Below, piece after piece: positions 19,210-28,373 of a stretch of 59,258 nt of DNA. The notes under the pieces were generated by a model that was not told the origin of the DNA, did no database searches, and worked only from the letters and a program-made list of their open reading frames with translations. The DNA is taken from the NCBI GenBank assembly GCA_963972105.1, contig CAXAVH010000001.1, forward strand, positions 1 to 59,258, read 5' to 3'. Position 1 is the stretch's first letter, and each line of letters starts with the position of its first letter. Position numbers and translations under genes: made by a program. Origin of the DNA: an uncultured Flavobacteriaceae bacterium (GTDB lineage: Bacteria > Bacteroidota > Bacteroidia > Flavobacteriales > Flavobacteriaceae).

Positions 19210-21729
19210 ATGAAAAAACTCGTACTCTTACCGCTCCTTTTATTTTCCCTATTCATTACAGCCCAAGACCAGTCCGTAAGTCTCGAATACTACTTACCCA
19301 ACGATGTTACGTACAATCAGTCCATACCCACGCCAAAGAGCGTTATTGGCCACGAGGTGGGCGAATGGCACGTCACCCATGATAAGCTCGCACAGTATAT
19401 GGAGGCACTGGCGCAAGCAAGCGACCGTGTTACCCTCGAAAATAGAGGAGCGACGTTCGAAGGTCGACCGCTACAATTATTGACCATTTCCTCTCCCAAT
19501 AATCTAGATAACATTGAGACCATTAGGCAAAACCATGTGGCGCTCACCGAGGCAGACGGCCCGGCCCGCAATATAGCGGGAATGCCCGTGGTGGTATACC
19601 AGGGGTTCTCTATCCACGGGAACGAGCCCAGTGGCTCTAATGCCGCGCTGGCTGTCGCCTATTACTTGGCAGCCGCACAGGGACCCAAAATAGACGAGCT
19701 CTTGAACAACACCGTAATCCTGTTCGATCCATCCTTCAATCCAGACGGGTTGCAGCGGTTTGCTTATTGGGCCAATATGCACAAGAGCCAAAACATAAAC
19801 CCCGACCCGAACGACCGGGAGTACGATGAGGTTTGGCCCGGCGGACGTACCAACCATTATTGGTTCGATATGAACCGCGACTGGCTACCGGTGCAGTTGC
19901 CCGAGAGTCGCGCGCGCCTGGAAACGTTTCATAATTGGTACCCCAACATCTTGACCGATCACCACGAGATGGGCACCAACTCGAGCTTTTTCTTTCAGCC
20001 GGGAGTGCCTTCGCGAACGCATCCGCTTACGCCATCTAAAAACCAGGAACTTACAGGTGCCATCGCCAAGTTTCACGCCAAGGCGTTCGATGAGCTGGGA
20101 AGTTTCTACTATTCCGAAGAAAATTTCGATGATTTTTACTACGGAAAGGGCAGTACCTTCCCTGACGTAAACGGAAGTATCGGTATCCTTTTCGAACAGG
20201 CCTCCTCGCGCGGCCATGCACAGGAGAGTGACAACGGCATCCTCACGTTTCCCTTTACCGTAAGAAACCAATTTACGGCCGCCCTGTCTACGTTAGAGGC
20301 GGCTGTCGCTATGCGCGAAGAGCTCTTGAACTACCAGCGCGGTTTTTATGAAGATGCACGCAAGGAAGCAGCTAAGGGCGGCGCCATTGTATTCGGAGAT
20401 GAAAAGGACGCAACCAAGGCGTACCACCTGGCGGAAATCCTGGAGCGTCACAAAATTAAGATCCATGAAATAGACTCAGATTTTTCGGCCAACGGAAAGA
20501 ACTATAAAAAGGGGCACGCCTATATCGTTCCGAAGAACCAACGGCAACACCGCCTGATAAAAGCTATGTTTGAAAAGCGCACCAAGTTTACCGACAGTCT
20601 TTTTTATGACATTAGCGCCTGGACGTTTCCGCTCGCGTTCAACCTACAATATGACGAAACGGTTCCCCTTAGCCGTGCGGGGGCCGAAATTACCGAGCTG
20701 AAACGACCCGTGCCAGACACGCCCAATGCCTCGAACTATGCGTACCTTATGGAATGGCACGAATATTACTCACCCAAGGCGCTAAATATGATTTTGGCTG
20801 AAGGGTTGCGGGCCAAGGTGGGTATGTCTCCATTTTCTTTCAATAACAGGAAGTTTGACTACGGTACGATTATGATTCCGGTTCAAAACCAGAAACTGCA
20901 AGGGTCTGAATTAAACAAGTTCCTTGCGAAGGTGAGCCGGGAAACCGGGGTTCCCATCACCGGGATAAATACGGGCCTAATGACGGGAGTAGATTTGGGC
21001 AGCAACGATTTTCGTGCCGTTGAGCAACTCAAGGTTGCCATGATCATTGGCGAGGGAATAAATCCGTACGATGCGGGGGAAATTTGGCATTTATTCGATA
21101 CCCGTTACGATATGCTCATCACCAAAATTGACACCAAGAACTTGAACCGGGCCGATTTGAGCCGCTACACCGATATAATTATACCCGCAAGTTGGGGAGG
21201 CGGACTCGATAAAAACGCCACCGAAAAAATCAAAACTTGGGTAGAAAATGGCGGAACCCTCATAGCCTATAAAAATACCGGGCGTTGGCTCGATAAGAAC
21301 GATTTCCTTAAAATGGAATTCAAGTCGCGAAAAGATTCGGTTCAGAACATCAATTTTGCGCAACGCGAAAACTATTATGGGGCCAAGGTAATTGGCGGGG
21401 CCATTTTCGAAACTAAGCTAGACCGCTCGCATCCCGTAGCGTTTGGCTATACCGATAGCACCCTGCCCATTTTCAGGAATTCAACCCTCTTTGTTGAAGC
21501 CGATAAAAATAGCTACAACAATCCCATACGTTATACCAATTCACCTCTTTTAAGCGGTTATATTTCTAAGGACAACTTAGAAGACCTTAAAAATACCGTA
21601 CCCTTCAAAACCGGGGGCCTAGGCCGCGGACAGGTGGTTTACTTTACCGACAATACCAACTTTAGGGCGTTTTGGTATGGCACCAATAAGTTGTTGATGA
21701 ATGCGATTTTCTTCGGAAATAATATGTAG
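19210..21729 (+). CDS. large secreted M14-family zinc carboxypeptidase (paralog 1)
   Basis: The zinc and catalytic motifs are present: SIHGNEPSG (HxxE), LTDHHEMG (third His) and ILFEQAS (catalytic Glu). I trimmed the start to the ATG at 19210 (MKKLVLLPLLLFSLFITAQ, a signal peptide). The ORF-track start at 19165 is a TTG. Confidence 0.85.
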   Translation: MKKLVLLPLLLFSLFITAQDQSVSLEYYLPNDVTYNQSIPTPKSVIGHEVGEWHVTHDKLAQYMEALAQASDRVTLENRGATFEGRPLQLLTISSPNNLDNIETIRQNHVALTEADGPARNIAGMPVVVYQGFSIHGNEPSGSNAALAVAYYLAAAQGPKIDELLNNTVILFDPSFNPDGLQRFAYWANMHKSQNINPDPNDREYDEVWPGGRTNHYWFDMNRDWLPVQLPESRARLETFHNWYPNILTDHHEMGTNSSFFFQPGVPSRTHPLTPSKNQELTGAIAKFHAKAFDELGSFYYSEENFDDFYYGKGSTFPDVNGSIGILFEQASSRGHAQESDNGILTFPFTVRNQFTAALSTLEAAVAMREELLNYQRGFYEDARKEAAKGGAIVFGDEKDATKAYHLAEILERHKIKIHEIDSDFSANGKNYKKGHAYIVPKNQRQHRLIKAMFEKRTKFTDSLFYDISAWTFPLAFNLQYDETVPLSRAGAEITELKRPVPDTPNASNYAYLMEWHEYYSPKALNMILAEGLRAKVGMSPFSFNNRKFDYGTIMIPVQNQKLQGSELNKFLAKVSRETGVPITGINTGLMTGVDLGSNDFRAVEQLKVAMIIGEGINPYDAGEIWHLFDTRYDMLITKIDTKNLNRADLSRYTDIIIPASWGGGLDKNATEKIKTWVENGGTLIAYKNTGRWLDKNDFLKMEFKSRKDSVQNINFAQRENYYGAKVIGGAIFETKLDRSHPVAFGYTDSTLPIFRNSTLFVEADKNSYNNPIRYTNSPLLSGYISKDNLEDLKNTVPFKTGGLGRGQVVYFTDNTNFRAFWYGTNKLLMNAIFFGNNM

Positions 21730-21756
21730 GGAGAAACAAAGGCAAACCCATTAAAA

Positions 21757-21784
21757 GCGCGGCCATAAGGGCTGCGCTTTTTTA
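21757..21784 (+). terminator. rho-independent terminator after M14 paralog 1
   Basis: The stem GCGCGGCC (21757-21764) pairs with GGCTGCGC (21770-21777) around a 5-nt loop, followed by TTTTTT. It abuts the stop of the convergent DUF3820 gene. Confidence 0.7.
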
Positions 21785-22009
21785 TTTTATAAGGGGCCTT
21801 AGTAGGTGTTCTAGGCCATTTACCTTAATCTCATACATTTCCTGAAGCATTCGGCCCAGCTTCCCATCAGGGAATCCCTTTTGCCGAAACCATACCAGAT
21901 ATGGTTCGGGAAGGTTTACCAAGTACCGGCCTTTATATTTTCCGAAGGGCATCTTATAATTGGCGAGTTCTCGGAGATAATCAGGGTTTGGCTTACTTCC
22001 AGCGTTCAT
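21782..22009 (-). CDS. DUF3820 family small protein
   Basis: 75 aa with KMPFGKYKGRYLVNLPEPYLVWFRQKGFPDGKLGRML. It overlaps the upstream DUF922 gene by 17 nt. Confidence 0.75.
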   Translation of the reverse strand: MNAGSKPNPDYLRELANYKMPFGKYKGRYLVNLPEPYLVWFRQKGFPDGKLGRMLQEMYEIKVNGLEHLLRPLIK

Positions 22010-22544
22010 ACTGCCTTAGTTGGTTGGCAACTTCCGCTCGCCAGTTCAGCTCTGCTTGCTCGTTGCGCGAATGGTCGGTCTCTAAGTCGTACCGTTGCTG
22101 AAAAACACGTCGCTGCGCTTCCACCTCGGCGTACATGGTTTCGATGGCTTCTTTGCTATCAAGTTTGAAATGGAACTCAGACATTTTCTTCCGAAGAATT
22201 CGAGCGTGCAATTCGGAAATATCGAAATGGGTCTGCTCGTGTGCCAGGATAAAGGCATTTACCTGTTTGCGCTGGTACCACGATAGATTTGGGTAGAAAT
22301 TGCTCGTCACGGTATAGTCTACAGAAACCGAATTTCCATTTCCGCGCAAGGAATAGGAAAACGAAATCCCGGAGTGGGTGCTGGCAACATAACCGCTTAC
22401 GGGCTGTGGCGTAGCCTTGAAATCGCGCCAAGAAAGTTTTCGGTCCTCCTTCCACACCATTTTTTCAGTATCGGTCGCTAGGCCGGGCTTGAAGCTCGAT
22501 AACGCGACGATACCTAGCAATAACAGAATGTAGTATCTTATCAT
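21993..22544 (-). CDS. DUF922 domain protein (predicted Zn-metallopeptidase-like, HExxH)
   Basis: 183 aa with a signal peptide (MIRYYILLLLGIVALSS) and the HEQTHFD motif. Confidence 0.7.
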   Translation of the reverse strand: MIRYYILLLLGIVALSSFKPGLATDTEKMVWKEDRKLSWRDFKATPQPVSGYVASTHSGISFSYSLRGNGNSVSVDYTVTSNFYPNLSWYQRKQVNAFILAHEQTHFDISELHARILRKKMSEFHFKLDSKEAIETMYAEVEAQRRVFQQRYDLETDHSRNEQAELNWRAEVANQLRQYERWK

Positions 22545-22584
22545 ACAGGAAAAACGTTCTGAAAGCCTAGTTTATTGGATAGCC

Positions 22585-22986
22585 CTACTTCCAATTAAAG
22601 TGCACCACGCGCTCGAGATCGGGGTGAAGGCTATAGTGTACGGGGCAGGTATTTGCCGTATGTTCCAAAATTTTCCGGGACTTGGCATCTACCAACGGCA
22701 AATCGAAAATCACTTCTATTTTAGAGATTCGCCTCGGGTTGGCTGCCATGGTTTTGGTTACCATGGCCGTGGCGCCAGACAGCTCTATGCCCATAGACTC
22801 TGCCTTAATTCCCATCATGGTGAACATGCAATTCGCCAGTCCCGTTGCCACGGTATCGGTCGGGCTAAAGGCTTCTCCCTTTCCATTATTGTCTACGGGG
22901 GCATCGGTTACATAGCTATCGCCAGATTGTATGTGGGTGCACTCGGTGCGCAATTGCCCTAAGTAAGTTACCTTGGAAGTGCTCAT
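22585..22986 (-). CDS. OsmC/Ohr-family protein
   Basis: 133 aa with the two conserved Cys contexts GLANCMF and ANTCPVH. It overlaps the upstream LysM gene by 4 nt. Confidence 0.85.
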   Translation of the reverse strand: MSTSKVTYLGQLRTECTHIQSGDSYVTDAPVDNNGKGEAFSPTDTVATGLANCMFTMMGIKAESMGIELSGATAMVTKTMAANPRRISKIEVIFDLPLVDAKSRKILEHTANTCPVHYSLHPDLERVVHFNWK

Positions 22987-24917
22987 TCTACTACTTCAAA
23001 TTGAAGGTTTTGGTTGTATTTAATGATATACAGTGCCTTGTTCTCATAACCGGAAAACAATTCCTTGCCATAACGGAATTTGTTTTCGATGTATTCAGTT
23101 TCAAAGGCAGCCGCGGTATCGGAAAGTCCATTTTCCGAATAAGCTAATCGCAGCAGTACGTCGTAGGTAAGGTCAAATCCGCGTACCGCGTATTTATTCG
23201 GAAGCACGCCGTATTTATTCTTATAGCTAATTAGAAACGGATTTTTCTCGTTGAAATCGTACGTACGGTTGATAGACGGAAAGGTGAACTGCAAATTGGC
23301 CAAATGTACGTTGGAAATATCATCGTAATCGTACACTTTCCCTTTATCCGACGTGAACAACCTTATGTTATGGCTATCTGGCATACCATTGAGGAGCCCT
23401 ACCACATTACTTACCAACACCGGGTTGGTAGACTCAAGTACAACCCAATTGTGCGAGGCAGGATCTATCTTGCCGTTAATATCACCAGCATATAAATAGC
23501 CCTCCTTACGCGGCGACAAGGTTTTTGCCATTGGAAGTTTCGCAAGAACTGCGTCCTTTTGAGAATTCCGGCTACCGTCGCTAATCAAGATTATATTCTT
23601 GCCCGATGCATTTTTTTCAAGGAAGTCTAGCATAGCTTCCTGAAGCATTGTTTCCGAAGGCAACGTTTGGAATAAGTTGGAATAAATTTTAATGTCGCGA
23701 TTGCTCAGTGGCGAGAAGACAGGCACGTCCTTACTTTTTAAGCTAGCCGCTGCTTTCTCGACATTCGCACTCAACAACGGGCCAATTACCGCATCGACAT
23801 TTTCAAAATTCTCCCGGGCAATGATCGATGCCACCTGCGAGCTGCTGGCTTCGGTATCGTATACATCTAACGCTACGGAAATTCCCTTATCCTTCGCAAA
23901 CTCGGCCGCCATAAGCACACCGCTATAAAAATCGAGCGCCACCTGCACCGAGCGTTCCCGCTTTAAAAGTTCTTCGTTCACCTGGGTAGAATCTGCATCC
24001 ATCCTATTGATCATAAACGGAAGCATAACAGCCAAGCGCTTTTGGCCGCGATTGGAGATGCGGTTTTCGAGCGATACCTTTGAAATATCATCGCCTTCAA
24101 TCACTTCCCCATCCTTGGGCAGCTTTAGCACCATACCTTCCTTGAGTCCATCTTTCGCGTACGGATTGAGTTCAATTACCTGCGCTTCGGAAAGGCCAAA
24201 TTTTTCCTTTATTCTGAAAAAACCTTCCTTTGCCCGAACCTCGTAGAACTGAAAGCGGTCCTCTTCTATCGTGGCATTATCTGTTACCGATTGGGCCGGA
24301 ACCTTTAGCAGGCTGCCTATTTGAATGTTTTCATCCAATCCGGGGTTAAGTGATTTCAATTCGGAAACGGAGATTCCGTATTTCCGCGCTATTCCGAAGA
24401 TCGTCTCCTTGGGCATCACGGTGTGGCGGCCGTAGTCGTCTTGGCGGGTGCTGGAAATTTCCGAAGTTGGCTTCGACGTCGTTCTATCGGCCACGGGAAT
24501 ACGGAGTTTTTCGCCCGTGTTAAGCTGCCGCGCGTACAGTTCCTTGTTATACTTTTTGATATCATCCTGCGAAACGCCGTACTGTTGCGAAATGCTGAAA
24601 AGCGTTTCCCGCTTCTTTACCCGATGTGTCTTGAAACGGACATCGGTGCGTGCCCCATTGCTCTGGGTGGGTAAAATTAAAACGGCATTGGTACGAACCC
24701 CATTGCGCGCATCCGGATTTAGGCGATAAATATCGCTTTCGTCCACTTGGTATTTTTGAGAAATACTAAATACAGTTTCCCCCTTGGCAACGGTATGACT
24801 TCTGTATTGCTGCTGAGAGGGTTGTGCCGTGGTACCACAGCTGAAACTAAGGGTGCAGACCAGGGCGAGGAAACAGAAAAATTTCACGTAACGTAATATA
24901 TTTTGGGCGTAAAACAT
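22983..24917 (-). CDS. LysM-repeat peptidoglycan-binding lipoprotein with C-terminal periplasmic-binding-protein-like domain
   Basis: 644 aa with the lipobox LSFSCG. Four LysM repeats are visible (HTVAKGETVFSISQKY..., HRVKKRETLFSISQQY..., HTVMPKETIFGIARKY..., YEVRAKEGFFRIKEKF...), followed by a PBP type-1-like region. Confidence 0.8.
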   Translation of the reverse strand: MFYAQNILRYVKFFCFLALVCTLSFSCGTTAQPSQQQYRSHTVAKGETVFSISQKYQVDESDIYRLNPDARNGVRTNAVLILPTQSNGARTDVRFKTHRVKKRETLFSISQQYGVSQDDIKKYNKELYARQLNTGEKLRIPVADRTTSKPTSEISSTRQDDYGRHTVMPKETIFGIARKYGISVSELKSLNPGLDENIQIGSLLKVPAQSVTDNATIEEDRFQFYEVRAKEGFFRIKEKFGLSEAQVIELNPYAKDGLKEGMVLKLPKDGEVIEGDDISKVSLENRISNRGQKRLAVMLPFMINRMDADSTQVNEELLKRERSVQVALDFYSGVLMAAEFAKDKGISVALDVYDTEASSSQVASIIARENFENVDAVIGPLLSANVEKAAASLKSKDVPVFSPLSNRDIKIYSNLFQTLPSETMLQEAMLDFLEKNASGKNIILISDGSRNSQKDAVLAKLPMAKTLSPRKEGYLYAGDINGKIDPASHNWVVLESTNPVLVSNVVGLLNGMPDSHNIRLFTSDKGKVYDYDDISNVHLANLQFTFPSINRTYDFNEKNPFLISYKNKYGVLPNKYAVRGFDLTYDVLLRLAYSENGLSDTAAAFETEYIENKFRYGKELFSGYENKALYIIKYNQNLQFEVVE

Positions 24918-24980
24918 ACTGAAAAATACAACATTTCGATCTTTCAGCTCTTAAAAAATTCACAATACTTGGTTCAGAAA

Positions 24981-26510
24981 TCATTCCCACTCGATGGTGG
25001 CCGGTGGTTTTGAACTAATATCGTACACTACTCTATTAACGCCTTTTACGCGATTTATTATGTGGTTGCTCGTTTCCTGCAAAAACTCGTAGGGTAGGTT
25101 CACCCAATCGGCCGTCATCCCATCGGTGCTCTCTACTGCCCGAAGGGCCACGACTTTCTCGTACGTACGCTCATCGCCCATTACCCCAACGCTTTGCACC
25201 GGTAGTAGAATAGCACCCGCTTGCCAAACCTTGTCGTAGAGATTCCACTTGCGCAATCCGTCAATAAAGATGGCGTCTACTTCCTGAAGTATTCTCACTT
25301 TCTCGGGAGTAATTTCGCCCAGGATTCTAATGGCCAGACCAGGTCCAGGAAACGGATGGCGGCCCAAAAGCGCCTTGTCGATTCCCATTTCGGCACCTAC
25401 CCTGCGCACTTCATCCTTGAAGAGCATTCGCAATGGTTCGACCACTTTCAGCTTCATAAAATCTGGCAATCCGCCAACGTTGTGGTGCGACTTTATGGTC
25501 ACGGAAGGACCGTTAACCGACACGCTCTCAATAACATCTGGATAAATGGTGCCCTGGGCCAACCAATCTACGTCCTTAACCAGGTGGGCTTCGTCGTCGA
25601 ACACCTCTATAAAGGCGTTGCCGATGGCCTTCCGCTTAGCCTCTGGATCGCTGACACCGGCCAGTGCCTCTAAGAACCTAGCCGAAGCGTCAACCCCCTT
25701 CACATTTAGCCCCATATCTTTATACTGCGCCAAGACACTGCTAAACTCGTTCTTTCTCAACAGCCCGTTGTTCACGAAAATACAGTACAGGTTCTTGCCA
25801 ATAGCCTTGTGCAGCAAAATGGCAGCGACCGTAGAATCTACCCCGCCACTAAGGCCCAAGACTACCTTATCGTCTCCCAATTGCTCCTTGAGCGCCTGTA
25901 CGGTGGTATCAACGAAAGCCGCGGGGGTCCAAGCCTGTTCGACCCCTGCAATTTCCACCAGGAAATTTTCGAGCAATTGCTTGCCGTGCGTGGTATGGTA
26001 CACCTCTGGGTGAAATTGAATAGCGTACGTTTGCTCGCCCTCAATGCGATAGGCCGCATTTAAAACATCGGCAGTACTTGCAAGGCGCACACCGTTATGG
26101 GGAAGCTGGGCTATGGTATCGCTGTGGCTCATCCAAACTTGCGTGCCTTCGGGAATGCTTCCGAAAAATGGTTCGTCGGCTTTGATCATGGCTAGCTTGG
26201 CACGGCCGTATTCCCGAATATTGGAAGGCTCTACGCTACCGCCATGAAAGTGGGCCAAATATTGTGCCCCGTAACAAACCGCCAAGACGGGAAGTTTTCC
26301 CCGAATTTCGGAAAGGTCTGGGTGCGGTGCATCTTCGGCACGAACCGAGAACGGACTGCCCGAAAGGACAACCGCCTTAAATTCTGATAAGTTGTCTGGA
26401 ATGTGGTGGTACGGATGGATTTCGCAGTAAATATTCAATTCGCGGACGCGTCTTGCTATCAGTTGGGTGTACTGCGAGCCAAAATCTAAGATTAGAACGT
26501 TATTTTGCAT
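24981..26510 (-). CDS. guaA: GMP synthase (glutamine-hydrolysing)
   Basis: [24 protein letters not shown]...GLSGGVDS...ATIEWE. The start is set to the ATG at 26510. The ORF-track start at 26516 is a TTG two codons upstream. Confidence 0.93.
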   Translation of the reverse strand: MQNNVLILDFGSQYTQLIARRVRELNIYCEIHPYHHIPDNLSEFKAVVLSGSPFSVRAEDAPHPDLSEIRGKLPVLAVCYGAQYLAHFHGGSVEPSNIREYGRAKLAMIKADEPFFGSIPEGTQVWMSHSDTIAQLPHNGVRLASTADVLNAAYRIEGEQTYAIQFHPEVYHTTHGKQLLENFLVEIAGVEQAWTPAAFVDTTVQALKEQLGDDKVVLGLSGGVDSTVAAILLHKAIGKNLYCIFVNNGLLRKNEFSSVLAQYKDMGLNVKGVDASARFLEALAGVSDPEAKRKAIGNAFIEVFDDEAHLVKDVDWLAQGTIYPDVIESVSVNGPSVTIKSHHNVGGLPDFMKLKVVEPLRMLFKDEVRRVGAEMGIDKALLGRHPFPGPGLAIRILGEITPEKVRILQEVDAIFIDGLRKWNLYDKVWQAGAILLPVQSVGVMGDERTYEKVVALRAVESTDGMTADWVNLPYEFLQETSNHIINRVKGVNRVVYDISSKPPATIEWE

Positions 26511-26620
26511 AGGCAAAAATAATTTAATTCTATAAGTTGCCTAAGCCCTATCGCGGAAAATTTTGGCGATTTTTTAATGCCCCCCCTTTTCATCGTGAAT
26601 TTTTCCGGAAGGCGGAAATA

Positions 26621-28219
26621 TCAATCCAAAGAGATTATGGTAAATCTTAGGTCTAGCGGATCCAATCCCTCCTTCAGCTTCGGAATTAGGCGTTCACCGT
26701 GGGTAAGATAAAACTCAGAAAAATTCATATTCCGTTCTTGCAGGCTCTGCGCGGGAAACAGTGCATCCTGCAGCGCTCCCAATCGATCGAGTTGTTTTGA
26801 AAGTTTTCGCTTTTGGGCCTTCAGCAGGCGCTTTTCCAAGTGGTCCAATCCGTTTAGCTGCTTTTTCTCCTGGGCGGCTACGGCGCCCACGAACGAGGCG
26901 TCGGTCTGCTCGGCTATGCCGTACAAATCGGCAAATTGTTGCCTTAAATGTTTCCGCTGTGGTGTAAAATCGATATCGATTTCTGAATGTTGCCGGGTAA
27001 AGTTACTTCTTAGCTCGTGCTGCGACATAAAGCAATCTTCAACAGAAACTTTTAGAGTTTCCAGTTTTTCTGAAATTTTATTGGGCACCAACACGGCGGA
27101 GTTCCGTAACAGCAGTATCGGGAACGGAACGGAAATAGCCTCAAAATAATCCTTTAACTGAAACCAATAGGCCAGTTCGCCGCCACCGCCAACGTAACCG
27201 ATATTGGGCAAGATAATTTCTTGGTACACCGGTCGTAGCAAAGCGTTGGGTGAGAACCGCTCGGGATGAGTATGTAATTCGTCCAGCAGTTTCTCCCTTG
27301 TAAAAGAAAGTGAGGTTCCATCTACATAAAAGACGCCCTCCTTTTCAATGAGTCGTTCACGCAGACCTTCCTTCAGGTAAAAAAGATTGATCTCGCGCGG
27401 GTGTACCTGTTCATCGTATCCGTTCTCCAATAACCTAGCGGTAGTTTCGGTTATTTTTCGATGGCCTAGCTGTTCGGTAAGCTCTTTCTCCACAATGGGC
27501 GCGAATAGCCGTTTTAGTTCTGTATTGTTACCGTCCAGAATGACCAAACCATAACTTTGAAAGAGCGTATTGGCAAGGTGTCTCGTGGCATCGGCCAGGT
27601 GGTCGTGGTGCAGGTATGCCTCTGAAAAAAACGTTAGTAATGTTTGGGCGTCGCGGTGCGTCCCGAAATGCTCTTTCAAAATTTGATAAACCACATCCAA
27701 CCCGTCGGTTGGCAAATCGCCGACGGCACCACTAGCATCGTGCGACCACTCTATTTTTTTTCCCTTGAAATTGAAATAATTTATCTCTGCAAAATCGTGG
27801 TCCTCGGTCGCCATCCAATAAATTGGAACAAAATGTTGGTCTGGATAGGTGGCGTTAAGTTGATCTGTGAGGTTTAGGACCGAAATTATCTTATAAAGGA
27901 AATACAGGGGCCCGGTAAATAGGTTGAGTTGGTGGCCGGTGGTAACGGTGAAGGTATTTTCGTGTTTGAGCAAATCGATATTACCGAGGGTAGCTTTGGA
28001 AATGGGCGTTTTGCCGTACTGTTGCATTATTTGCCGCACCAGTAGCTGTCGCGACGCTACAGGAAACGAGTGTCTTTTCTGCTCTAATTGTGATTTAAAG
28101 TTTTCAAGCTTGGGAAAACGGCCGTAAAATGAACGTAGCTCCTTTTCTTGTGAAAGGTAGTCGCAAATCAGTTTTGAAAAATATCCAGTTTCGGAATACG
28201 GAAGCAATCGTTTAGACAT
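26621..28219 (-). CDS. bshC: bacillithiol biosynthesis cysteine-adding enzyme BshC
   Basis: The N-terminus MSKRLLPYSETGYFSKLICDYL, the length of about 530 aa and the C-terminal coiled-coil region are typical of BshC. The start is set to the ATG at 28219, since the ORF-track start at 28234 is a TTG. Confidence 0.8.
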   Translation of the reverse strand: MSKRLLPYSETGYFSKLICDYLSQEKELRSFYGRFPKLENFKSQLEQKRHSFPVASRQLLVRQIMQQYGKTPISKATLGNIDLLKHENTFTVTTGHQLNLFTGPLYFLYKIISVLNLTDQLNATYPDQHFVPIYWMATEDHDFAEINYFNFKGKKIEWSHDASGAVGDLPTDGLDVVYQILKEHFGTHRDAQTLLTFFSEAYLHHDHLADATRHLANTLFQSYGLVILDGNNTELKRLFAPIVEKELTEQLGHRKITETTARLLENGYDEQVHPREINLFYLKEGLRERLIEKEGVFYVDGTSLSFTREKLLDELHTHPERFSPNALLRPVYQEIILPNIGYVGGGGELAYWFQLKDYFEAISVPFPILLLRNSAVLVPNKISEKLETLKVSVEDCFMSQHELRSNFTRQHSEIDIDFTPQRKHLRQQFADLYGIAEQTDASFVGAVAAQEKKQLNGLDHLEKRLLKAQKRKLSKQLDRLGALQDALFPAQSLQERNMNFSEFYLTHGERLIPKLKEGLDPLDLRFTIISLD

Positions 28220-28373
28220 AGCAAGTTTCAGCAAGGTGTCACAAAAATAACCACTTTGGGCGGCACATTATCTAAAAATACGTTAATTCAAAAAGAATTC
28301 CCGTTTCCAACCTACTTCTTATCGTCCTTATCCACATTTCAATTATCTTTAGGGCTTTTTAATCTAAAAATAT

